Positions 24,607 through 33,165 of a stretch of 45,081 nucleotides of DNA are shown here, piece after piece (within the stretch, counting starts at the first letter, position 1; the number at the start of each line of letters is the position of its first letter). A program made the translations under genes and the position numbers. This DNA is from an uncultured bacterium (GTDB lineage: Bacteria; Actinomycetota; Acidimicrobiia; Spongiisociales; UBA5794), in the NCBI GenBank assembly GCA_965368515.1, contig CBDUNF010000002.1, forward strand, positions 1 to 45,081, written 5' to 3'. The notes beneath the pieces were generated by a model that searched no databases, had not been told where the DNA came from, and saw only the letters and a list, made by a program, of their open reading frames with translations.

Positions 24607-25925
24607 TCTGCCACCCCCGCAATGTCGTGTATTGCCATACGGTCAACCTTGCCGCCTGGTTGGGTGGGCAAAGCATCGACAAATACCCACCGCTTCGGAA
24701 TCTCATGGCGCGGCAGGTGTTTTTGGGCCCATTCCTCGATTCCGTCACGATCATCCGCATCGCCGACAGCTACTGCGACTAGGGCCTGGCCCCACTCGGG
24801 GTCAGGGACACCGACGACCTGGACCTGACGGATCGACTCGTGCCGATTCAACAGATCGGCAACCCTTTCGGGATAGACGTTCTCGCCCCCGGTGATCACC
24901 ATGTCATCGGCACGGCCCACCACCACTAGACGACCTTTGTCATCCAGGTAGCCGATATCTCCCGTCCTATGCCCCCCGACGCGATCAGGTTCGCCGAGGT
25001 ACCCGGGAGACACCGCCGGGCCGCTGATCACGATCTCCCCGAACCCGACTCCCCCGGTGGTTACATCGACCGTATCAATCGGGGGACCGGCGGTTCCGAG
25101 TGATTCAACCGCCCCACCAGGAACGACGGTGCAGATCTGCGAACAGGCCTCAGTCATGCCGTAGGTCTGGAGAATCGGCAGCCCTGCGTCGATGCCGCGC
25201 TCGATGAGTTCGCGGCTCGCGGCAGCACCACCGAGCAGCAGCCCGCGCATGCCCGCATAGGGGCCGGGCGCCGCCTCGAGCATTCGATACAGCATCGTGG
25301 GCACAAAGCTCGCCATCGTCACCGCACCCGAATTGATCGCGGCGGCGGCGCGGACGGCATCGAACTTGCGATGGACGACCACCGTCCCACCGGCCGCTGC
25401 CGTCCGCCAGAGCACAGACAACCCGCCGATGTGAAACAGGGGAAGAACCAACAACCATCGGTCCGCTGCGGTATTTCCCAGACGTCGCTGCGAGCCGGCA
25501 ACCGCGCTAGCGACGTTGCCCGGAGTCAGCCTGACCGGAAGCGGCTTCCCGCCGCTCCCAGACGTCAGGACCGCGGTGTGGATCGTCGCGGTTGTGACGT
25601 TGTGGCTACTCCAGGATTCAGGGAGCCCACTCCGCCATTTCGTGAGCAGCGGCGAATCGACATCGACGACCAGCGGGCTGATTCGACTGCGCCACATCCC
25701 CCACAGCCTGGCAACCAGCGAGCTATCGATCTCGCCGACGGGAACAAGCTGAAGCGCTCCAGGAAGCACCCCGGCATCGGCCAATGCGGCTGCGTGCTCG
25801 TCGGCTAGATCACTCAGTTCGCGGTAGCTGAGCGCCGTTCCGTCGTCTTCGATCAGCGCTGTTGCCATCGGATCGGCGACGGCCGAGCGCGCCAGCCAGT
25901 CGGTATCAGGCGGTGGAGTAGTCAT
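24603..25925 (-). CDS. menE: O-succinylbenzoate--CoA ligase (ANL-family adenylating enzyme)
   Basis: Track ORF trimmed to MTTPPPDTDW. AMP-binding motifs LTSGSGGKP, YGMTE and TGDIGYLD, plus C-terminal PTQPGGKVDR. Short MenE-like length and a divergent position next to menB. Confidence 0.8.
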   Translation of the reverse strand: MTTPPPDTDWLARSAVADPMATALIEDDGTALSYRELSDLADEHAAALADAGVLPGALQLVPVGEIDSSLVARLWGMWRSRISPLVVDVDSPLLTKWRSGLPESWSSHNVTTATIHTAVLTSGSGGKPLPVRLTPGNVASAVAGSQRRLGNTAADRWLLVLPLFHIGGLSVLWRTAAAGGTVVVHRKFDAVRAAAAINSGAVTMASFVPTMLYRMLEAAPGPYAGMRGLLLGGAAASRELIERGIDAGLPILQTYGMTEACSQICTVVPGGAVESLGTAGPPIDTVDVTTGGVGFGEIVISGPAVSPGYLGEPDRVGGHRTGDIGYLDDKGRLVVVGRADDMVITGGENVYPERVADLLNRHESIRQVQVVGVPDPEWGQALVAVAVGDADDRDGIEEWAQKHLPRHEIPKRWVFVDALPTQPGGKVDRMAIHDIAGVAD

Positions 25926-25933
25926 GCGGTCAC

Positions 25934-25940
25934 TACAGTA
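25934..25940. promoter_or_regulatory. Overlapping face-to-face -10 candidates for menB (TACAGT, plus strand) and menE (TACTGT, minus strand)
   Basis: The sequence ACTACAGTAT lies in the 44-bp menE-menB intergenic region. TACAGT is 25934-25939 on the plus strand and TACTGT is the reverse complement of 25935-25940. Confidence 0.3.
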
Positions 25941-25969
25941 TTCGCTCGATCGCAAAACGGAGGCTTTAC

Positions 25970-26860
25970 GTGGTATCGGAGATCTTCGACCCAAGTGCAT
26001 GGGAGCCGGTCGATGGCTTCGAACTGACCGACATCACCTATCACCGCGCCCGAGAAATCGGCGCGGTACGGATTGCTTTCAATCGACCCGAGGTCCGCAA
26101 CGCATTCCGGCCTCACACGGTCGACGAGCTGTACCTGGCGCTCGACCACGCCCGGATGACTGCGGATGTGGGATGCGTGTTGCTGACCGGCAACGGACCC
26201 TGCCCCAAGGACGGCGGGTGGGCGTTCTGTTCCGGCGGTGACCAGCGCATTCGCGGCAAGGACGGGTACCAATACGAGGGAACGGATGGGGTTGACGCCG
26301 CCAAGCTGGGACGTCTTCACATTCTCGAAGTGCAGCGGCTGATCAGGTTCATGCCCAAGGTAGTCATCGCCGTGGTTCCCGGATGGGCGGTCGGTGGCGG
26401 CCACTCGCTGCATGTTGTGTGCGATCTGACGTTGGCATCGCGCGAGCATGCCATCTTCAAACAAACTGATGCCGACGTAGCCAGCTTTGACGGCGGCTAC
26501 GGATCAGCACTGCTCGCCAGGCAAGTCGGCCAGAAACGGGCCCGCGAGATCTTCTTCCTTGGTCGCGATTACTCGGCGCAAGAGGCCTTCGAGATGGGCG
26601 CCATCAATGCAGCAGTCGCTCATTCCGAACTCGAATCGGTTGCCCTCGAATGGGCAGAAGAGATCGTCGCCAAGAGCCCCACCGCACAACGCATGCTCAA
26701 GTATGCGTTCAACCTCACCGACGAGGGACTGGTCGGCCAGCAACTGTTCGCAGGCGAGGCGACCCGATTGGCATACGGCACCGACGAGGCCGAGGAGGGT
26801 CGTGACGCGTTCCTCGAGAAGCGCCAGCCGGACTATCGCCGGTTCCCATGGCATTTCTAG
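25970..26860 (+). CDS. menB: 1,4-dihydroxy-2-naphthoyl-CoA synthase
   Basis: GTG start 6 nt after GGAGG. Crotonase fold with the MenB-specific stretch FCSGGDQRIRGKDGY and the C-terminal PDYRRFPW. Confidence 0.9.
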   Translation: MVSEIFDPSAWEPVDGFELTDITYHRAREIGAVRIAFNRPEVRNAFRPHTVDELYLALDHARMTADVGCVLLTGNGPCPKDGGWAFCSGGDQRIRGKDGYQYEGTDGVDAAKLGRLHILEVQRLIRFMPKVVIAVVPGWAVGGGHSLHVVCDLTLASREHAIFKQTDADVASFDGGYGSALLARQVGQKRAREIFFLGRDYSAQEAFEMGAINAAVAHSELESVALEWAEEIVAKSPTAQRMLKYAFNLTDEGLVGQQLFAGEATRLAYGTDEAEEGRDAFLEKRQPDYRRFPWHF

Positions 26861-26904
26861 GGCCAGTCGAGACACCTTCTCTCGCACCGAAGTCGCACCC
26901 CCGA

Positions 26905-26923
26905 TCCCCCCGCACGGGGGGGA
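26905..26923 (+). other. Short GC hairpin between menB and menA
   Basis: TCCCCCC-GCAC-GGGGGGGA. No U-tract follows, so the function (attenuator or stabiliser) is unknown. Confidence 0.3.
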
Positions 26924-26936
26924 CTGCTAGCCGCCG

Positions 26937-27815
26937 ATGAACCCCCCTCTTGGGTCGTGGGTGCTGGCGGCGCGGCCGGCGACGTTGTGGGCAGCGGTGG
27001 CTCCTGTGCTGGTGGGCACGGCACTGGCGGTGAACGCCGGTGTCTTCAGCTGGGATGCGTTTGTGGTGATCTTGATTGCGGCTGTCCTCATCCAGATCGG
27101 AGTGAACTTCGCCAATGATGTCGCCGACGGCACTCGGGGTACGGATGAACATCGGATCGGACCGCAGCGGGCCGTGGCCTCTGGGCTGATCACGCCACAC
27201 CAGATGTGGGTGGGCATTGCGACCGTTTTCGGAATGGCGGCCATCGCCGGGCTATATCTCATCAAGCTGGGCGGGCCCTGGATTCTGGTCATCGGAGTGG
27301 TGTCGATCATCGCCGCCCTTGGCTACACCAATGGCCCGATTCCCTACGGCTACTACGGCCTCGGGGAGGTCTTTGTGTTCGTGTTCTTTGGACTCGTTGC
27401 AACGGCGGGGACTCGTTACGTGTTCGACAGATCACTCGAAGCGGGTGCCTGGGTCGGTGGCGTGTCGATGGGTTTGCTCGCTAGTGCGATCCTTCTTGCC
27501 AACAACGTCCGCGACATCGAGACCGACGCCACCGCAGGCAAACGCACGCTGGCGGTAATGCTCGGCCGCACCGCTGGCGTCGCCCTATTTGCGGTCTGCA
27601 TAATCGGGTCGATCATCATCCCTCCGCTCGCAGTCACGCTCGATTGGATGCCAGTCGGCGTGGTGGCGACCCTGCTGGCCCTACCGATCGGCCTCCCGCT
27701 CATACGCACGTTGCATCGTGAACGCAGCGGACCGGCGCAGATCGGGGTCCTGAAGGGGACCGCCCGGCTCCAACTCATCGTTGCGGCCCTGCTCGCGATC
27801 GGGATCGTGGGCTAG
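26937..27815 (+). CDS. menA: 1,4-dihydroxy-2-naphthoate polyprenyltransferase (UbiA superfamily)
   Basis: 292 aa, multi-TM. Asp-rich motif NFANDVADGTRGTD and a second motif NNVRDIETD. Confidence 0.85.
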   Translation: MNPPLGSWVLAARPATLWAAVAPVLVGTALAVNAGVFSWDAFVVILIAAVLIQIGVNFANDVADGTRGTDEHRIGPQRAVASGLITPHQMWVGIATVFGMAAIAGLYLIKLGGPWILVIGVVSIIAALGYTNGPIPYGYYGLGEVFVFVFFGLVATAGTRYVFDRSLEAGAWVGGVSMGLLASAILLANNVRDIETDATAGKRTLAVMLGRTAGVALFAVCIIGSIIIPPLAVTLDWMPVGVVATLLALPIGLPLIRTLHRERSGPAQIGVLKGTARLQLIVAALLAIGIVG

Positions 27816-27855
27816 AGATCTATCCTGCCCTAGCCAGATACTCCGGGAGAGAACA

Positions 27856-28212
27856 ATGAAACTGACACCGCTGGTGTACGTCACCGATATGGACAAGGCC
27901 ATAGCTTTCTACACGAAGCTATTGCCGGCAGCGACGGTCGTTACTTCATCGCCCTACTGGACCGAGCTGAAGGTTGGCGAGGCAACGCTGGCGCTCCATA
28001 TCAGCGAGGCGGTGGACCACGCAGGCGATGGAATGGGACTCGGACTCGACGCGGCCACCGCGCTCGAAGACGTCGTATCGCAACTCGCCGCAGCCGGTAT
28101 CAAGCCCGCCGGCGAGATCTGCGCACAGCCGTTCGGACGCTCGATCAGCGTCGCCGACCCGGACGGTCTTGTCATCCAGATCAACGAGCATGCGGCTCCA
28201 CCCGCCACCTAA
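27856..28212 (+). CDS. VOC (glyoxalase/bleomycin-resistance/dioxygenase) family protein
   Basis: Track ORF trimmed to MKLTPLVYVTDMDKAIAFY (GGGAGAG upstream). Size of about 118 aa and a typical beta-alpha-beta-beta-beta pattern. Confidence 0.7.
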   Translation: MKLTPLVYVTDMDKAIAFYTKLLPAATVVTSSPYWTELKVGEATLALHISEAVDHAGDGMGLGLDAATALEDVVSQLAAAGIKPAGEICAQPFGRSISVADPDGLVIQINEHAAPPAT

Positions 28213-28245
28213 ACCTGTCCCACCCCACTGCTAGGTTGGCCAACT

Positions 28246-29169
28246 ATGAATGAGCCGCTGGTTCGCGCCAAAAACCTCACGAAACGCTTCGACGACTTCG
28301 TTGCCGTCGACGCCGTCGACTTCGAGGTCATGCCCGGAGAGGTCTTCGGCTTCCTTGGACCCAATGGTGCGGGGAAGAGCTCAACGATGAAGATGATCGG
28401 TGCGGTGTCCCCCACTACCGAGGGCTCTCTGAGTGTCTTCGGGCTTGATCCTGCTGCAGACGGCCCGGCCATTCGCGCCCGGCTCGGTGTGGTTCCTCAA
28501 GACAACTTGCTCGATACCGAACTGACCGTGTTCGAGAATCTCTTCATCTATGGACGCTATTTCGACCTCCCGAAAGCCGTCATCAGAGAGCGCATCGATG
28601 AGCTTCTCGGGTTTGCACAACTCGAGGAACGACGCACCGATCTCGTCGAGCCGCTCTCAGGGGGAATGAAACGACGTCTCACCATTGCGCGTGCGCTGAT
28701 CAACCAACCGGACCTGATGCTGCTCGACGAACCAACCACCGGCCTGGATCCGCAGGCGAGACATGCTTTGTGGGATCGGCTCTATCGGCTCAAACAGCAG
28801 GGTGTCACCCTGATCATCACAACCCACTACATGGATGAGGCTGAGCAACTGTGCGACCGGCTCGTAGTGATGGACAAGGGCAAGATCGTTGCCGAGGGAT
28901 CGCCACGAAGCCTCATCGAACGGTTCGCCACCCGCGATGTCGTCGAGCTTCGATTTCCGATAGGCGAGACACCGGAGGCCCAAGCGCTCGAGGGGCTGGC
29001 GAAGCGGATCGAGACACTACCCGACCGCACCTTGTTGTATACCGACAACGCCGACCAAACCCTGGTCGACCTCTCCGAGCGACCACTGCAAATCGAGAGC
29101 ACCATCGTTCGGCGGGCATCGCTCGAGGACGTGTTCCTACGTCTGACCGGCCGGACACTGGTCGACTGA
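28246..29169 (+). CDS. ABC-2-type exporter ATP-binding protein (DrrA/NodI-like)
   Basis: Walker A GPNGAGKSS, signature LSGGMKRRL, Walker B LMLLDEPTTGLD. Confidence 0.9.
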   Translation: MNEPLVRAKNLTKRFDDFVAVDAVDFEVMPGEVFGFLGPNGAGKSSTMKMIGAVSPTTEGSLSVFGLDPAADGPAIRARLGVVPQDNLLDTELTVFENLFIYGRYFDLPKAVIRERIDELLGFAQLEERRTDLVEPLSGGMKRRLTIARALINQPDLMLLDEPTTGLDPQARHALWDRLYRLKQQGVTLIITTHYMDEAEQLCDRLVVMDKGKIVAEGSPRSLIERFATRDVVELRFPIGETPEAQALEGLAKRIETLPDRTLLYTDNADQTLVDLSERPLQIESTIVRRASLEDVFLRLTGRTLVD

Positions 29170-29945
29170 TGGCATCATCCGGTCCGCTTCTGGTTGTTGA
29201 GCGGCACGCCCGCGTCTATCGACGAACCTGGCGCGGGTCGGTCATCAGCACCTTTGCCAACCCCGTCCTATACCTGCTGGCGATGGGGCTTGGGTTGGGA
29301 AGCCTGGTCGATGATGGCGGTGGAACAACGCAGTTGGATTTCGACTACCTGACCTATCTTGCCCCCGGGCTTCTGGCCGCGGCAACGATGATGACGGCAG
29401 CCGGGGAGTCGCTGTATCCGGTGCACGCCGGCATGAAGTGGAACAAGTCCTATAGCGACGCGTTGTCGACGCCCATCTCCACCCGCGACCTGGTGATCGG
29501 CCATTTCGGCTGGCTCACGCTTCGGGTCTTGTTCACCGCGGTTGTGTTCACCGGGGTCATGGTGACGTTCGGAGCGATCAGCATCTCGCGAGCCCTCCTT
29601 GTCATTCCGCCGGCGGTCCTGGCGGGGTTGGCTTTTGCCGGCCCTACGACGGCGTATGCAGCCCGGCTCGAGAACGACTCCGGCCTGGCGGCGGTCTTCC
29701 GATTTGTGATCACCCCGCTGTTCCTCTTCTCGGGAACCTTCTTTCCGATCGATCAGCTCCCAGACTGGATGGAGCCCATTGCGTATGTCACCCCGCTGTG
29801 GCATGGCGTCGAAACCACCCGTGCCGCCGCTCTTGGCATCGAGCCAGTCCTTCCTGCGGCGATCCACATCGCAGTGATGGTGGCGTTCCTCGCGATTGGT
29901 GCGGTCATCGCAAACCGGCTGTTTCACAAGAGGCTCGTCGTATGA
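29169..29945 (+). CDS. ABC-2-type transporter permease (first of two)
   Basis: The ATG overlaps the upstream TGA by 1 nt. Six TM helices and the ABC-2 pattern (..ITPLFLFSGTFFPIDQLP..). Confidence 0.8.
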   Translation: MASSGPLLVVERHARVYRRTWRGSVISTFANPVLYLLAMGLGLGSLVDDGGGTTQLDFDYLTYLAPGLLAAATMMTAAGESLYPVHAGMKWNKSYSDALSTPISTRDLVIGHFGWLTLRVLFTAVVFTGVMVTFGAISISRALLVIPPAVLAGLAFAGPTTAYAARLENDSGLAAVFRFVITPLFLFSGTFFPIDQLPDWMEPIAYVTPLWHGVETTRAAALGIEPVLPAAIHIAVMVAFLAIGAVIANRLFHKRLVV

Positions 29946-30748
29946 CCACCACCCTCACCCGCCGCATCCTCCCACCGTCGGTTGACCGAATTCGCGCCCG
30001 GTACGTGCTGGAACGCAATGTGCTTGTCTACCGCAGGCTCTGGCTGATCGTGTTCTCTGGTTTCTTCGAACCGGTCTTCTACCTGTTTTCCATAGGCATC
30101 GGAATCAGCAAACTCGTCGGTGACGTCCAGGGTCCGAATGGTGAGCTGATCGAATACACCGCTTTTGTGGCACCCGCCTTGCTTGCTGCGTCTGCGATGA
30201 ACGGTGCGGTGTTCGAATCAACAATGAACATCTTCTACAAGCTCAAGTGGGCCAAGACCTATGACGCAATGCTGGCCGCCCCGCTGAGCGTTTGGGATAT
30301 TGCGATCGGCGAGATCGCATGGTCGCAGATTCGCGGTGGGCTATACGCAGGTGCATTCCTGCTGGTGGCACTCGTCATGGGCTTGTTGCAGTCATGGTGG
30401 GCCATCCTGGCGCTCCCGGCTGCCCTGCTTATCGGAGTTGCCTTCGGCGCTGCCGGGTTCGCAACGACAACCTTCCTCAAGAGCTGGCAAGATTTCGATC
30501 TCATCACACTGGTGACTATGCCGCTGTTCCTGTTCTCGGCGACGTTCTATCCGCTTGATGTGTATCCACCGCTCTTGCAGACCATCGCACAGATCTCCCC
30601 GCTCTATCACGGGGTCGAGATTATCCGCGCCCTGACGCTCGGCGTCGTTGACGGCGTCATATTCGCCCACATCGGATTCCTCGTCGTAATGACCACCGTC
30701 GGTCTCTCGATAACCGCCCGCAGACTCGAGCGTCTTCTCAAGGCCTAG
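29942..30748 (+). CDS. ABC-2-type transporter permease (second of two)
   Basis: ATGA overlap with the previous gene. A paralog of the first permease (..MPLFLFSATFYPLDVYP..). Confidence 0.8.
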   Translation: MTTTLTRRILPPSVDRIRARYVLERNVLVYRRLWLIVFSGFFEPVFYLFSIGIGISKLVGDVQGPNGELIEYTAFVAPALLAASAMNGAVFESTMNIFYKLKWAKTYDAMLAAPLSVWDIAIGEIAWSQIRGGLYAGAFLLVALVMGLLQSWWAILALPAALLIGVAFGAAGFATTTFLKSWQDFDLITLVTMPLFLFSATFYPLDVYPPLLQTIAQISPLYHGVEIIRALTLGVVDGVIFAHIGFLVVMTTVGLSITARRLERLLKA

Positions 30749-30856
30749 GTCGGCGTCCGCCACTACTCCCACGGGCCGTGCGGCCATCAACAGGGACCGC
30801 CGCCCTCTTCGGTTCGTCGTTGTCACCGTTGCTGGCTACAGTGATACTTGAAAGTA

Positions 30857-30873
30857 ATAATGATTCTCATTAT
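30857..30873. promoter_or_regulatory. Fur-family (Zur-like) operator candidate
   Basis: ATAATGATTCTCATTAT contains the perfect inverted repeat TAATGA-TTC-TCATTA. It matches 15 of the 17 core positions of the classical Fur box ATAATGATAATCATTAT. It lies in the only AT-rich patch of this intergenic region, 23 nt before the znuA-like ATG. Confidence 0.5.
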
Positions 30874-30895
30874 GTAAAGGAGAGTGGGAACGACG

Positions 30896-31834
30896 ATGCC
30901 GCACCGCCTCCCCCGCACTATCGGGTTGTTTCTCGCTGCCGTAATCGCAGTTTCTGCGTGTAGCGGCGGTTCCGGGTCCGGCGAATCCGCCAAGATCGAG
31001 GTGGTTGCAACCACGACGATTCTCGGCGATATCGCGGCAAACATCGTTGGCTCTGATGGAACCGTCGAGACACTGCTCCCGATCGGCGCCAGCCCGCACG
31101 ACTACCAGGCTTCTGCCCAGCAGGCTGCGGCCCTGCAGACCGCAGACCTCGTTCTCGCCAACGGGCTTTCTCTCGAAGAAGGGCTGCTCGACGTGCTCGA
31201 ATCAGCGGAGGCCGACGGGGCCAACATACTGACGCTTGCCCCGCTCCTCGACCCGATCCCGTTCACCGGCGGGGTCCACGACGACCACGAACACGAGGAA
31301 GATGAGGCCACCGACCCTCACGTTTGGCTAGATCCGCTCCGAATGGGTGACGCAGCCTTCTTGATCGCAGACCAACTCAACGACCTCAACCCCACAGTTG
31401 ATTGGGAGGAACGCGCCGGCGAGTACGTCGCTCAACTCATCGCGGCCCACGAGCAAACGATAAGCATTCTCTCCACCATCCCAGCATCCAACCGGAAGCT
31501 TGTAACCAACCATGGCTCATTTGGTTACTTCGCTGAGCGCTACGGCTTCGAGGTAGTCGGGATCGTCATACCAGGGGGATCGACGCTGGCCGACCCCAGC
31601 TCTGCGGAATTGACCGCGCTGGTGGAGGAGATAGAGCGCACAGCCGTGCCGGCAATCTTTGCGGAGACCACCGAGTCGTCGGCCCTCGCCGAGGCGATCG
31701 CCGCCGAGACCGGAGCAAGCGTCGAGGTCGTCGAGCTGTACACAGGATCGCTCGGCGAAGACGGATCTGGTGCGGAAACGCTGATCGGGTTGCTGCTCAC
31801 CAATGCAGAACGCATCGCGGCAGCGTTGTCGTAG
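30896..31834 (+). CDS. znuA: Metal (probably zinc) ABC transporter substrate-binding lipoprotein, ZnuA/TroA family
   Basis: ATG 10 nt after AAGGAGAG. Lipobox AVSAC. The acidic His-rich loop HDDHEHEEDEATDPHVWLDP is typical of ZnuA. No cognate permease or ATPase gene is adjacent. Confidence 0.8.
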   Translation: MPHRLPRTIGLFLAAVIAVSACSGGSGSGESAKIEVVATTTILGDIAANIVGSDGTVETLLPIGASPHDYQASAQQAAALQTADLVLANGLSLEEGLLDVLESAEADGANILTLAPLLDPIPFTGGVHDDHEHEEDEATDPHVWLDPLRMGDAAFLIADQLNDLNPTVDWEERAGEYVAQLIAAHEQTISILSTIPASNRKLVTNHGSFGYFAERYGFEVVGIVIPGGSTLADPSSAELTALVEEIERTAVPAIFAETTESSALAEAIAAETGASVEVVELYTGSLGEDGSGAETLIGLLLTNAERIAAALS

Positions 31835-31836
31835 CA

Positions 31837-32757
31837 CTAGGACGCCGTTGCACCGAGCATCGCGTTGATCAATCCGGCCCCCGTCTCCGCATCATCGACC
31901 GTCAAAACCAGGTCTGTCGCTTCGTCACGCACCAGCCGCAACGATTCCCCGCCTCGCACCACTACGGCACGAACGCCGGGCCGAAGCCGGTAGCCCCAAC
32001 CGCCGTATGACATCGGACTGACCGTCTCGACTTCTGCGCGCACGATGGATTCGAGGGGGACGGTCCATGACGGAAAGCCCCACCAACCCATGCTGACCAG
32101 AACGCCACGCTGCCCAACCGTGGCACGAACCTCTGCAAAGGCCAGCGCCACAATGCCAACCAGACCGAGAAGAACCGCAGTCCAGCCCCACGCAATGAGA
32201 GCGATGACGATCACAACAAGTCCGACGGCGACTGTGAGCTTCCCTACGCCACGCCCGGACCACACTGCATTCTCCGGATCCGCCACCTCCAAGGTTGGTG
32301 CGACCCCAACCGGTCGCGGCCGCGAGGCAGATCTTCCGCCGGCCAGCAGCCAGCCGATGAACCCGACCACCAACCCGACCACGACGGCGCCGAGAATCTG
32401 CAGCAAGCCAACTTCGGTGGCCTGCTCCCAAGATGCCTGGTCACGATTAGCCAGAAAGGCGAGCCAGGAGACCGCAGCCAGCAGGCCACCGACCCCGAAC
32501 AGGCCTGCGAGAAACGATGGGGCCTCCTCCGGAGCCGGGCGCAACGCCCGATGCACCGCGAATACCATCGCCACGAAGATCCCGCCGAGCAGAACCACAG
32601 CGAAGATCGGCTGCATCGATCCATCGGGTTCGCCGGTCGGCCCCCAGTGGATGGCCATCGGATCGGGCACATCGCCGCGGTAGATAAGGAACGGCAGGAC
32701 GATAAGGACCAGCAGAACCGCCGGCCCAAGCACGATGGTGAGCCACGACCGTCTCAT
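31837..32757 (-). CDS. DUF1648-type membrane protein with C-terminal bacterial PH-like domain
   Basis: N-terminal IHWGPTGEPDG motif after the first TM helix, several further TM helices, and a soluble C-terminal beta-rich region. 4-nt overlap with the GntR gene. Confidence 0.65.
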   Translation of the reverse strand: MRRSWLTIVLGPAVLLVLIVLPFLIYRGDVPDPMAIHWGPTGEPDGSMQPIFAVVLLGGIFVAMVFAVHRALRPAPEEAPSFLAGLFGVGGLLAAVSWLAFLANRDQASWEQATEVGLLQILGAVVVGLVVGFIGWLLAGGRSASRPRPVGVAPTLEVADPENAVWSGRGVGKLTVAVGLVVIVIALIAWGWTAVLLGLVGIVALAFAEVRATVGQRGVLVSMGWWGFPSWTVPLESIVRAEVETVSPMSYGGWGYRLRPGVRAVVVRGGESLRLVRDEATDLVLTVDDAETGAGLINAMLGATAS

Positions 32758-33104
32758 GAGAACTCCTTCTTCAGCATCGCAACAACCTCATCGGCCGCCA
32801 GCCCCTGCCTGCCGGCTTCGGCGGCAAGCTCCACGATCAGATGATGAACCCCGGCGGTCGAAGACGACCCCTCCCGGACTATGGCGCCCCGCCCCCGGCG
32901 AAGCTCGATAACCCCCTCCTCACGGAGGTCGTTGTAGGCCCGCAGCACAGTGTGCATATTGACGTCGAGCGACTGGGCCAGGTCACGGGCTGCCGGGAGC
33001 CGATCGCCGGCCGTTACCTCGCCGTCAGCCACAGCTCGTCGCACCGCGGCGGCGATCTGGACGTAGAGCGGGAGACCACTGTCGGGATTGAGCTTCAACA
33101 ACAT
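32754..33104 (-). CDS. Short GntR-family (YtrA-like) transcriptional regulator
   Basis: 116 aa. Winged HTH: PLYVQIAAAVRRAVADGEVTAGDRLPAARDLAQSLDVNMHTVLRAYNDLREEGVIELRRGRGAIV. Confidence 0.85.
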   Translation of the reverse strand: MLLKLNPDSGLPLYVQIAAAVRRAVADGEVTAGDRLPAARDLAQSLDVNMHTVLRAYNDLREEGVIELRRGRGAIVREGSSSTAGVHHLIVELAAEAGRQGLAADEVVAMLKKEFS

Positions 33105-33129
33105 TGTTCTATGTATAGTAGAACAATGT
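33101..33129. promoter_or_regulatory. Perfect inverted repeat (11-bp arms, 7-bp spacer); candidate GntR operator between gntR and menD
   Basis: ACATTGTTCTA-TGTATAG-TAGAACAATGT. The left arm covers the gntR start codon (33104-33102) and the right arm ends 36 nt before the menD ATG. This is an AT-rich island in a GC-rich context. Confidence 0.55.
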
Positions 33130-33165
33130 GATCAGCGGGTCAAACTAGGCCGGTAGGCTGCCTCA

